NCBI RefSeq assembly: GCF_964204645.1
Contig: NC_134025.1
Location: forward strand, 8,618,001-8,682,000
DNA: 64,000 nucleotides
Reading direction: 5' to 3'
DNA from: Tubulanus polymorphus
Lineage: Eukaryota; Animalia; Nemertea
In this document: positions 53,301-64,000 of the stretch, piece after piece
How positions within the stretch are numbered: position 1 is the stretch's first letter
Layout: each line of letters begins with the position of its first letter
Made by a program: the position numbers and the translations under genes
Notes under the pieces: model-generated
What the model was told of the DNA's origin: nothing
What the model saw: the letters and a program-made list of their open reading frames with translations, nothing else
Databases searched by the model: none

Positions 53301-54416
53301 TTAAGACATTTGAAAAATTCTTTAACCTCTTCCCTTTTCAGCAGCAACTGTTTTAGCATTCTACCCCAGTTGAGGTCAAGACAAATGTTCTTCCTTCCCA
53401 CGTTGTCACACGCTTCCGGAGCATAATTCAGCCAGGATCTGATCGAACCCCAGAAGGTCACAGAAAGGCGACAAGCCGAGCTGCGATTACAACTACAGCG
53501 AAACCCCTTATCACTCAACCACAATCAAGACAACAAGCCTTAATGAAAAATATCCATTGAAAAATACATATCACTGCTTATTGGCTGCGCAACAATTATT
53601 CAGAATAAGTTGCAGGGAACCAAAACTACAAGTTAAATGAATACAGACACTCATTGTATCTCATATATGTTCGTATATGATTCTTTGTTACTGCATTAAT
53701 CAAATTGGCAGAACATTTTTCCAATCCCGCAATCAGATAATCTGAACTGAATTCGATACATCATCATGAATCCATAAAGATCAGCAATATGGAAGCAAAC
53801 CGCCGGCTATTTTCCTCATCTATCCGGCAGAAACTTTTTTACAGAGCCTCCACAATTCTGGCGGATGCCAATAACAGAATCAGTAAAAATGCCACCTCGG
53901 CAAGCATAGACGATGCACAGATAACAGTGGTCATTTATTGTGAAAAGCTCTCTGGATAAATTCGCACAAAAGATAATGAAATATCTGCTCTGATTTCCCT
54001 TTTCTGAGACTTTCTTAAATTTCCGCAAAATTTTTCCACGCAATATATAACTCAAGTCCTTTGCCATTCTGATCAATTTGTTAATGTACATAAGAAACTA
54101 AGCTTATCACGTGCGAAACTAGTGAAGCGCATGTATAGTTCTATACATACTGTGAACCCAAGGTCCTACATTGGACAAATTGATTATCATCATCTGTGCA
54201 GATAGATTGCATTTCTGTCAATAGCAGGTCTTCAGTATTGGGTAATGACTATCACCTCACCTCCTCATACCTTCAGAACTAATAAAGCATCACACAGACT
54301 TTTCAGATGTTTCAGTTCAGGCTAAACTTATTCCCCGCGATCTCTGTTTTCTCTCATGATCAGAGAATTAGGTTGCCATAACTAAAACAAGGATGCCTGC
54401 CGTATACCCAATCTAA

Positions 54417-54668
54417 GCCACGATCACGCAAGCGATTTCGGCCCGACCAAAAATGTTGGACCAGGCCCGAACCAAATTTTAGCTAGGGTCGAATCATTGT
54501 ATGTGAATTGCGACGTGTTCTGGCAAAAACTCATTTCGCATTTTTTAAGCATTGTTTAATATCAAGTGAGTGGTTTACGTATGCTCTAATTAGGCACAGG
54601 CCAAATATGACTGAGGCCTGATCCGTGCCAATTTGGTCCAGGCCAAATCATCTCCGTGTGATCGTGGC
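54417..54668 (+). mobile_element. MITE family A with intact ends (PIF/Harbinger, Tourist-like)
   Basis: Perfect 11-bp TIRs GCCACGATCAC / GTGATCGTGGC with TAA target-site duplication (54414-54416 and 54669-54671). Confidence 0.9.
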
Positions 54669-56500
54669 TAATGTGTTGCTAATTCATCATTTTCAACCAT
54701 ACTAGTATAATAATGCTCTTTTTCTGAACAGTTCAAACAAACATGAGCAATCAGCGTGATCAGGATCATTACAAAATAAAAGTAAAACAAATATTTGCAT
54801 TGCAGACATTAGACTTCGGGCCGGGCATCGTCATCGAATCAGATTTACGAACTCTCCGGCGATAACTCAGCTAATTAATCTACACCAGTCGTCAATAAGC
54901 AAACACATGATTTCATAATAAATCGTTCTGCAGCTACAATTAGCACGACATACAACGTCTCTTAATTCAATCGATGGCGCGAAGATGAAGATGATGATGA
55001 CGAATTCATTTCGGCCGATCCGAGGTACCAGGACTGGCGATGAGCAATAGTTTGAGCCGGGTTCTTCAAAAACACTTGAAACCACTTTCATTGCGGTGCT
55101 GCGGATTTTGACGCTAATACGAGATGGGGGACACCGTGCATTGTGGTCTGGTCATGAGGATCTGGCTTTGTGTCTCGTTTTCCACGAGCATTGTGTTCAA
55201 CATCGGTACCGAGGATTACTCAGTCTAATTCAGTGGTTGCACGATTGAACTCTATATGTTTTTGATGATGCATCGTAGTAACAATAAGAAAAACCTCCAT
55301 CTTCAATTCACAATTAATCTAATGAAAATATCTATGGTGAGGTTACTGGCAACCAACCAGTTATATCAAGTCTGCTCGTTTTCAACACTTTTCAAGGCCA
55401 CTACGCTTGATATCACCAGAGTTACCACAGCATAAACTAATGGGAACTGTAACGACCTTCTTGATGAAGAAAATTTGCAACGTAGGCTTTAAGAAAAGTC
55501 AACTGGGATTTTCAGCTGTATTAATATAGAATAGGAAATTCCCCTAGGAAATTCCCCATTATAAAAGCCATTTTCACTTAAATCCCTTACTGTTATTTCC
55601 TATTTCTTCAGCTTAATTTTTCTTAGCTCGACCTAAGAAATGGCAATATATTCTGATTGTTACCAAATTTCAGCTAAATATCAAGACAAATTCGTAGTTT
55701 TACCTAGGTTTCCAAAAATTGCATTTCACTAAAGAATAATGAAAACATCGAACGGCAGCAGAATACTCGATTCTGTTGGGAATCGGCGGTTTGTCAGTTA
55801 TATGTCATATGAATTACAAATTAATAAATTCAAACCCATCGAGCGACTCCGAAAGAAGCCATCTAACGTTTATTACGTGGCAGATTATTGCCGCGTTTCA
55901 TAACTTGTGGAGGAAATCAATAGGTCATGAAACGCTAGTTTGCATCCCATGATTATTTTGCCCCCAGGTGAACAACGATGCCATCAACCGAATCTAATGA
56001 CGAATCCACTGGTGGGATTCGCGCATGCCATCCGAACGATATTTGAGTCACCGAGAATTGAATCCCGGAAATAATTGTTTGCACGAGCGCGGCAGCTGCT
56101 GCTCTTGAAATGCTGATGCAGCACATCAAATAAATATTCTCAAGATGAATAAAAGTTTGTTACAACTTGCTGCGTGTTTTGCCTATCAGATTTTAGTTAT
56201 GTTTATTCGGTGGCCAATATGGAGTTGAGATTTGAAACCCAAAAGTATATAAAGAACTCTGTCTACAGTTAAGCGCATTTTGGATGCGAAACACAATCTA
56301 TGGGTCCCTAACGTAATCTACGTATATCCCACAAAGATTGGTGCATGAGTTTTACTTCGCCCGCTGAATCAAAATCAAAATAAATCTCATGACCAAAATA
56401 CAACACTTCAGTTCTACTGGTGGAAGATATACAGCATAGAAATATTAACTTTCTGTATCTGAAATAAACTTTCTTGCCAGGATTTCTTGCACAAATATTA

Positions 56501-56580
56501 CTGGACCCAGTTCCAAAACTCTCAGTTTAAGAGGCGACTTTAGGTTCAAAAGTTTTGAAATGAACAGATTTTAACTACCA
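56501..56580. mobile_element. Truncated copy of MITE D2
   Basis: CTGGACCCAGTTCCA end and AAATGAACAGATTTTAACT (near reverse complement of the D2 core). Confidence 0.6.
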
Positions 56581-58308
56581 GTCAAACAAAACCAACGACC
56601 CAATGTCTAAACCATCATTACTTCTTATGATAGATCATCCGCTCAACTTGTAGCATGAAAAAAGAACAACTCATTTTTTTCGAAAGCCGAGGGAATAAAT
56701 CTATCAGTAATGAAATCTGCTAGAATTTAGAGAATGTTTGCCTCGAGATTCTCGGTGATGTCGTCGTGACTCAGATCTTTGTCATTTGCCGATGTCCACC
56801 ATCTCGAGAGAAGGTGGCATAAACAATCGGCCGAACGTGAATCACATGGTTAGAGCCAAATGAATCCGATGAGATGTCAATAATAAAATTGTCGAATAAA
56901 CTTAGTGCCGCAACAGCATTGTGAATGAACTCGCTCGCTGTAGGAATACATTATTATGGGGGTATTGTCAACTTTCAAAGCCGTCGTCTGAAGTGAAGTT
57001 AATTATTCCTTGAAGAAACCTTTCAGGTCGGATAGCGAAGGCCAGATATTACGCGGATACTGGTTCATAATTTTGATCAGAATTTCGACGATGTTTTCTC
57101 GATGGCATAACAACTTGTATGCTACGTATGTTTTTTCCGCGAACTTTGGCAAGAAAAGAAATTAGGAATTCCAGCTGAACCACAATACGACCATTAGAAG
57201 ACTCCCGCTTTTTTGTTATGCGCTGCACTTCTTGTCCATTCTTAAATTGTAGAGGCAATTATCTAATGAAATTAGCAGGGGACGATGCAAAAATGCGGCA
57301 GTCGTAAATCAAATGAATGATTCTATTAAACAGCGATCTAATTAGCCAAATATTTGACGTACCACAAATAAATTTGTCTTCAAGCGAGACTTATTTATTA
57401 CATGGGACAAATGATGGGGTGGCAGAACTCTTGTCTGATTTTTCTTCAGTCCCTTGAAAGAGAAATGTCGAAACAATGAATAATGCCGAAGATTTATTGC
57501 ATTGCAGTTTAAGCGACCATGAAAAAATATGTCGCCAATTCATTAGATTCTACCAACTTCGTCGTTCCTTTCTTTGGTGTTGTGTTACTTAAACACCATT
57601 CCAGGCCCACCTCGGTATACATTTATCAAGATGTAATTGGAACAGACGGGATGGAACGGAATAAGAATACAGATTGAATATCATGTTGAAAGTTAGTTAC
57701 ATTGCTAGTTTATGAACTTCCTTATATATTGAACATCTACAGACTATCACAGTTTACGAGAGACAATGTGTGAGATCCCTATTCACTCATACAGTCAATT
57801 GATTCTATACTTCACAGTAACGTGAAGATGCCTCCTCCTCGACAGTGCTAACTCTGCATCACGCTCGATGGCAGCTAATCAAATCCCGCCACAATCAACA
57901 GCCGGATAATAGACTTCTGATTGTCCTAATGAGATCGGGAACAGCATGTTTTACACCTCGATGAATACGGCGCGGGATATGCCAAGGACGATTTAGCTGC
58001 TAACGCACAGTTTCTCGAGTTATTTTTCAATTTTCTTCAATGCCACCGATGGGAGTGAGCGAAAGAGAAAATCATATGTAATTGATGTAGATGATCGCAC
58101 ATAAATGGAATACCCATTATCTGCGCTTAATACTATCAATATATCTGAATAGATATATTTTACAGGAAGCTGATCCGATCTTTTCTTAGAAAGAACCTTC
58201 ATAAACTATCTTGTGATTGCAACCTTAGCAATTCAACTTTTTATAAAAAGGCAAGCTGCTTAGTCACATAGAAACATCATTGATCCCGGCTTATTTTTGC
58301 CCTTGCCT

Positions 58309-58544
58309 GGTGCCAAATGGATCCGTGCCTGTTTGGCACAAGCCAGATTTGGCCTGACCAAAAACGTCAGACCGGGCCTGCACCAAAAATTATAGCCTGG
58401 GTCAAATCATTCAGCGTGAATGCTAAGTGTTTCTGGAAGTGACTGACCTCACTTGCCATAGCATCATTTTCATATGGCAAATATGCTTCTGACCTGATCC
58501 GGGTCAGTTTAACCCGGGCCAAAACGCTCCCATCTGATCGCGGC
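58309..58544 (+). mobile_element. MITE family A copy (5' truncated, diverged)
   Basis: GGTGCCAAATGG...GGCCTGACCAAAAACG...ACCGGGCCTG and right end TGATCGCGGC. Confidence 0.7.
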
Positions 58545-60029
58545 AATATTCAGTCACATTTTTCAAAACAGTGAAAACTTCGTATATGCATCATTGTTAA
58601 AGAATTCCTCTGCGCAATCATTCCAGTCGCATATCAACAATGAAGTACCATGATTCACAACGAAGTCATCTTCCTTTCCACCGACTCAATCAGGGGACGC
58701 TAGTTTACAAATTGATCTAAGAGGTGCATGCATACACGACTTTACATTTCATCAATTGCCTTCAGGTTTGATCTTCAATATGCAATTGAAATATATGAAT
58801 CAGCCAATTATGGGATAATTAGACTTTCTCTGTTTCTCTTCATACCACTGTTCAAAATTTGTGACTGCAATGATAGGATTTTATACATGCATCATTACTA
58901 AACTTTAAAGTAAACGTGACAAGAGAAAACAGTTTGTTCCAAGAAAGTTAACCGCATATGAGAGGAAGAATTCAAGATGAAGTCATTCTAAACAATGAGT
59001 CCTGAATAGTGGCCTGTGAATAGTTCAACAGATTTTTACCCACGATAAACAGATAAACGCTTTGATGAGAATTTTACTCATAGTCTAGGAGGACAGCTGG
59101 TAGTTTAAAGAAATGCTTTTATGGCATAGCACGAAGAACGATCTTTCTTTTCCAACTTTGCTTTATTTAGAAGATGACATCATAAGAACCCGCTTCCGAG
59201 CGGAATAATCAAACAACCTTCGAAATTGCAACAAGTCATAATTTTCCCAGAGCGCGCGGTTAATGCTCATTGATCCTCGCGCAACAAGCCTTTTGTAGCC
59301 ATGTCGATATTTGCAATCAGAAATGTAAACGGAAAACGCCGAACACCGCTGTGCCACCGTGGACAGGTGGTTAGTCGTACAGATGCACCGTACACGCGAA
59401 AACCAAAGTAATGCAATAGTCTTGTCAGTCGAATCAATAGCTATTACAGAGCAATAATAACATCAACGCAACTACTACGCTGAGTCATCATCATCATCGT
59501 GAATCCGGCCGGGATCATCATCACCGCCGAAAACTTTGTTTGCCCGTTTTGTCGCTCACGGCATCTCGTAACATGCCTTATTGACTACAGCGAGCAGTTT
59601 CCACGACGCAATAAAGTTAGCGACTAACTTTGATGCGTTCTTCAGATGCTGCACAGACGACGACACGTCGATGCCGAGGAATGCAATTTGATGCCATCCA
59701 TGCAAATATAATCAACAGCGCGGATTCTCTCGGTGGAAAATTACTGTTGCACGTCGACGACTGGGGATTTTATTGCGGTATAATCGCAATGAATCAGAAA
59801 TTCGAAAATAATCGCCTGGAAATCATTTCATTATCAGTATATACTATTCAGAAGAGTTTAAAAGTTGTAATACGTAGTGACAAAAGTTTTCCACTAGCCA
59901 AAATCCATATGAACAGTTACTGAAGAGGGAGGTTTCTAATTACAAACATTTGAATATCAATATGCCAATAGAAGTTTCTGAAAAACATACTGGAAAATAA
60001 GTCTCAGTAGCTCTTTTAGATGGCACAAT

Positions 60030-60102
60030 GAATTTGGTCCATTCCATAATTTAGAACGGACAGAGTGTTCAAACAAATGAAATCTGTTCTAAATTGGTTC
60101 AT
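60030..60102. mobile_element. Fragment of MITE family B
   Basis: ATTTGGTCCATTCC...TTAGAACGGAC..AGTGTTCA...AAATTGGT motifs as in 37308-37533. Confidence 0.45.
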
Positions 60103-60778
60103 TTTGCAAAAATTTGTTCATATTAATTCAATATAGTTTTCAAGTCTAAATACCATTTTCATATAGCCAAAAATCAATGTATAGTGGATCGTTAAGTATC
60201 TTAACATTTTTCTTGCGGTTTATTGAGCACCTGTTCTAACTGCAATGAAAATAACCTCGAATTGACCATAGATCTCTGTAAACCATAATCATCGAAAATA
60301 ACAGCCAAGACTTAAGATATCAATTTCTGGGTAAGATACTCTTGTTGTGTGAGAACGCACAGCCCTGGTTCAGTTCATTCTAAAATTGGCCAATCTAAAA
60401 CGGACTAACGTGTGAGTCTCACCCTTGCTTTAACAAAAAGTCTTCGTATAATTTTTCCTTGATTCTTCAAGCGTTAATTTGAGTAGAGCGTCGTAAAACG
60501 TACGGAAGAAACCCTCGAGAATCGGCAACAAGACAAACTGATCACAATTTGCAGCATCAGTTGCAGCATCGGTGCGCAATCTCAACATTTCAGTGATAAT
60601 AAAAACATCATTTGTCGATAACAGGGAATGTGAAGGAATAGCTCAACGCGGCGTAGAGCCGAATAAATTGATTTTTTACGGAGCTACAAGCTCCAGTTCG
60701 ATTTCTCCAAATCTACTATCAAAGGTGTTCTGTACATGATGTCTGCCTAATCCCGTCTTCAGATCGATGTCATGATAT

Positions 60779-60815
<37 letters not shown>
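60779..60815. repeat. (GA)n microsatellite
   Basis: Seen directly, with one interruption. Confidence 0.95.
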
Positions 60816-60816
<1 letters not shown>

Positions 60817-61110
60817 TGGCCACAGCGAGATCGTTACTTAATTTAAAGATTATTGCCACGTATAGATTCCTAAACATGATCACATGAATGGGCGACCAGT
60901 GAGCTGGTGATAATCGCGTCGGTACGGTCAAAATGAAACTTTCCTCTTATTAACAATTTTCTTCATCCAAGTATTGACCATGTGTAACTCAACTGAACTC
61001 AACTGAATTGAGCCTCCATCGAATACAGCTTTCATTCATTATCAAGGATATCAGGCATTATCAAGGCAATCTTGAAGTGGCCTACTACTCAGATTTTAAG
61101 CTTAACCAAA

Positions 61111-61374
61111 CCCACGATCATGCAAGCATTTCATTGGCCCAGGACAACTGTCCACGCGGGTGCCAAATGGGCCTGGGCCAAATCTAGCCTAAAAAGCCCA
61201 AGTAAAATTCTAACAGGGGTCAATTGATTGAGTGGAATTGCAATTGGTTCCAATTGACTCTCTTTCCTTTGTCAAAGCATTGTTTAGTATCGGGTGAATG
61301 GTTTAGTGTCCTTTTTAATTAGGCACAGGCCAAATTTGACTGGGGGGGCCAAATCGTCTCTGCTTGATCGCGGC
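61111..61374 (+). mobile_element. MITE family A copy
   Basis: Ends CCCACGATCA / TGATCGCGGC; shared AAGCATTGTTT and TAATTAGGCACAGGCCAAAT core. Confidence 0.8.
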
Positions 61375-64000
61375 TCAAGATAGCAGCTATCTTTCATTTC
61401 ACTAATCCCTTAATCATGTACGAAAAAAATGACCAGAACAATAGAAACTAATGGAGAGACACTGCAGCACCTTATGAATACATAATAACTTGTATGCCAC
61501 CCACATTACAGGATCTGTCTACATAGGTAGGATGCGGTCAAATTTCAGCATTACTTGAATGTAGGGGTGGCTATCAAATATTCATGGATACAACGACCGG
61601 AAATCTGCGCCATTCACTACTTCAGTTTATTTCCACATAGCCTACATGTTGACTATATGGCAGGCATGCAGTTTATATCTATTCTTATATTAGTATAAAG
61701 TATCCATCATTTTCATTGCAAAGACCTCTGACAATTCTACATAAGATATACACAATTCGGAAAAAATATGAAATATGACAGACGTATCTCACTCACTCTA
61801 TTTTAGTCTCAACTCATTTAAAACGCCACAGGACATCTAAAACCGAATACACCTGAAATGTAATTGGAAACTTGGAAACATCGCTGCAGGCTTAAATCAT
61901 CGTTTAGGTACTTGTAAATTGATTAATCGATTAAATCCCCGACATACGCCGCGAATGTTAGGCATAACTGAATTACGTAACTATTGGACATTTCTCATAC
62001 TATCTAATCCACACACCCGACACTTTCATTTCTGACAAAACATTTATCAAGAGAAATAATGTGCATTGCTTAGCGCTTTCTTTCAGTTTTGGCATTACTT
62101 TTGGGAATAGTTCCTCATAAATCATGGTTTACTTCATTGACTGACGTTGTACTTAACAGTTTTGCCAGAAGAATTCCATTACTCAAAACGCGTAATTGAA
62201 GCTGATACCTGTCACAGCATGTACTTTCAGGTTTTTACGGTAGCAACGTCTCAACATTAGTACTTCGTCGACAAATCAAATTATCATCAATAGATTTTCC
62301 ATCGGAAAAATTTGATTAATATTAATTGCTAGAAGCAGGTTCCTGCCAAGACTTAAAACGATGTCGTCCATTCTATCATTGCGCAATGAAGATGAAACAA
62401 TTAAGCAAATCAGGTGTAATTTTTTTCTGATTGCAAGCAAATGTGCAGGAAATTTTTCAGCGCGCTTGGTGAAAATTCCTGACAAGGAGATAAGAAATTT
62501 GATGCGGCAGGACAATGATTCTTGAATGGAAAATAACATTTTTACTGACAAAATGATTGTTTGGTAATCATTCAGATACAAGTGTTTATGTTAAAATGAC
62601 AAAGGAACTGTATTTCGCAATGGCATGCACCACTAACAGCCTTGTGAACATCCATCTTTAGTGATAATACGCCGTGATTGAATTAGCCACAATGCCAATA
62701 TGAAAGCCGCCTTTATCGGCAAAGCTAAGTGGCAACTTTTATTAAACCTGGCAAGTACGCCTGGTCAAACTTATGAAGGAATGGAAGAAAAACTCGGAAT
62801 TCTCAACAGAAGCAACAGTTTGTTATCCGCGTTACCTTGGTTACGCGTGAGAAGGGCACGCTTTCCCGATACCGTCGCAGCCCGTAGGTACAAATTAAGG
62901 AACTCCATTAAACGAGGAGGCAGGCGAAGAGGTTTATCGCGCGAAGGCGCGTGTGGACAGGTAACAGTGATACTGGAATTACATGAGGGGTTTTTGTAAG
63001 GATTCCATCAAGAGAGCAACAGGTAAAATCATAATGAGAAGACACTTCGAGGACGGAGATATTCCGCTGGCATGAGATGATTTTCATGTAAGCCTATTCA
63101 ATTCGCGCCTATCGTGTACTCAACAACAGCTGAACAAAGTAACCGAGCAGATTATTAACATTATCAGCATATAAGTAATACTACCTTCGAAAGAAGATAG
63201 AAATATTTATACAGAATGTAAATAAACACATACAATTATTTTTTCAAAATTTTTCTTTTAATATCATTCTCCAAAATATATCATAAGACTTCTACATAAA
63301 ACACATCAACGAAATATGATTTTTTGTTTAAGTGCTAATTGATAAAATTCAATAGAATGGAATATATGCAGTCATCGTCCGAATTCTATTCTAGGCCTGA
63401 TGGAATGCGATCCGAACCAGTATCGATAAAAAGCATGTCTGAGCAAACGCACAATATATGGACAAGAGCTTTGTCAATACGAGAAATGATATCCAAACAA
63501 GGCCAACAACTTCGATTAATGCTAAATGACTTCAAGCTGCAACTTACATCTTTCCCCGGCAATGGAGATTTTGCAAAGATATTCATGGATGCCAAAAAAG
63601 TCTTCCTAGTAATTTTCTAATGAAAAATAATCTTTAACTCATTAACACAAGAGGATTTTACCAATGTGATATTTGGTAAATGCAGTTGCAACAAAAACTG
63701 TTAGAATTGAATGAATTTTTTATTTTCCTTTGGAAATATGATTAAGGTGTAACAAATATTGAGAATCGAAGCTGTAAGGTTCCGTTCAAGTATTTCCGAC
63801 AGGTACATCTACAACAGCGATCAAAATCTCCGTGCGAGAAAACCAATTTGAAGAATGCAATCACATCAAACGACAGTCATTACGGATGTAATGTCATTGT
63901 GGGGACGCCGCGCGTTTTCATTTCTGCTCCATCAAAAATTCATAATCTTAAGATGATCTCCGATTTCTTGCCTGTTAACTGATATACCTCGGTATTAATC

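Noticed and set aside
62700-63620. Plus-strand ORFs 62700-62999 and 63339-63620
   Set aside because: No recognisable homology; only a weak donor (CAG|GTAACA at 62961) and no coherent exon chain.
1-64000. Prokaryotic or phage systems, CRISPR arrays, tRNA/rRNA genes
   Set aside because: No long ORFs, operon structure, regularly spaced repeat-spacer units or recognisable structural RNA motifs; the sequence looks like animal intronic or intergenic DNA.

Overview
This is AT-rich (roughly 35-40% GC by eye), gene-poor eukaryotic DNA that looks like invertebrate animal genomic sequence. It is not prokaryotic. I found no long ORF, operon, RNA gene or CRISPR array, and almost all tracked ORFs look like chance. 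The main signal is on the minus strand between about 7 kb and 44 kb: at least seven short, mutually non-homologous ATG-to-GT-donor exons that all end in phase 0, most with a CpG-rich patch and an Initiator-like motif upstream. The simplest reading is an array of alternative promoters and first coding exons for one large gene whose shared body lies left of base 1. That gene cannot be named from this window. One candidate N-terminus carries an SKIPTP (SxIP-type) motif and two carry an F-x-R-x4-R motif. A CCAAT + E-box promoter near 46.0 kb may start a divergent plus-strand transcript. The rest is intronic or intergenic DNA with several PIF/Harbinger-like MITE families, a Helentron/HINE-like element, microsatellites and an apparent excess of AP-1 sites. 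All exon calls are manual predictions and need RNA evidence.
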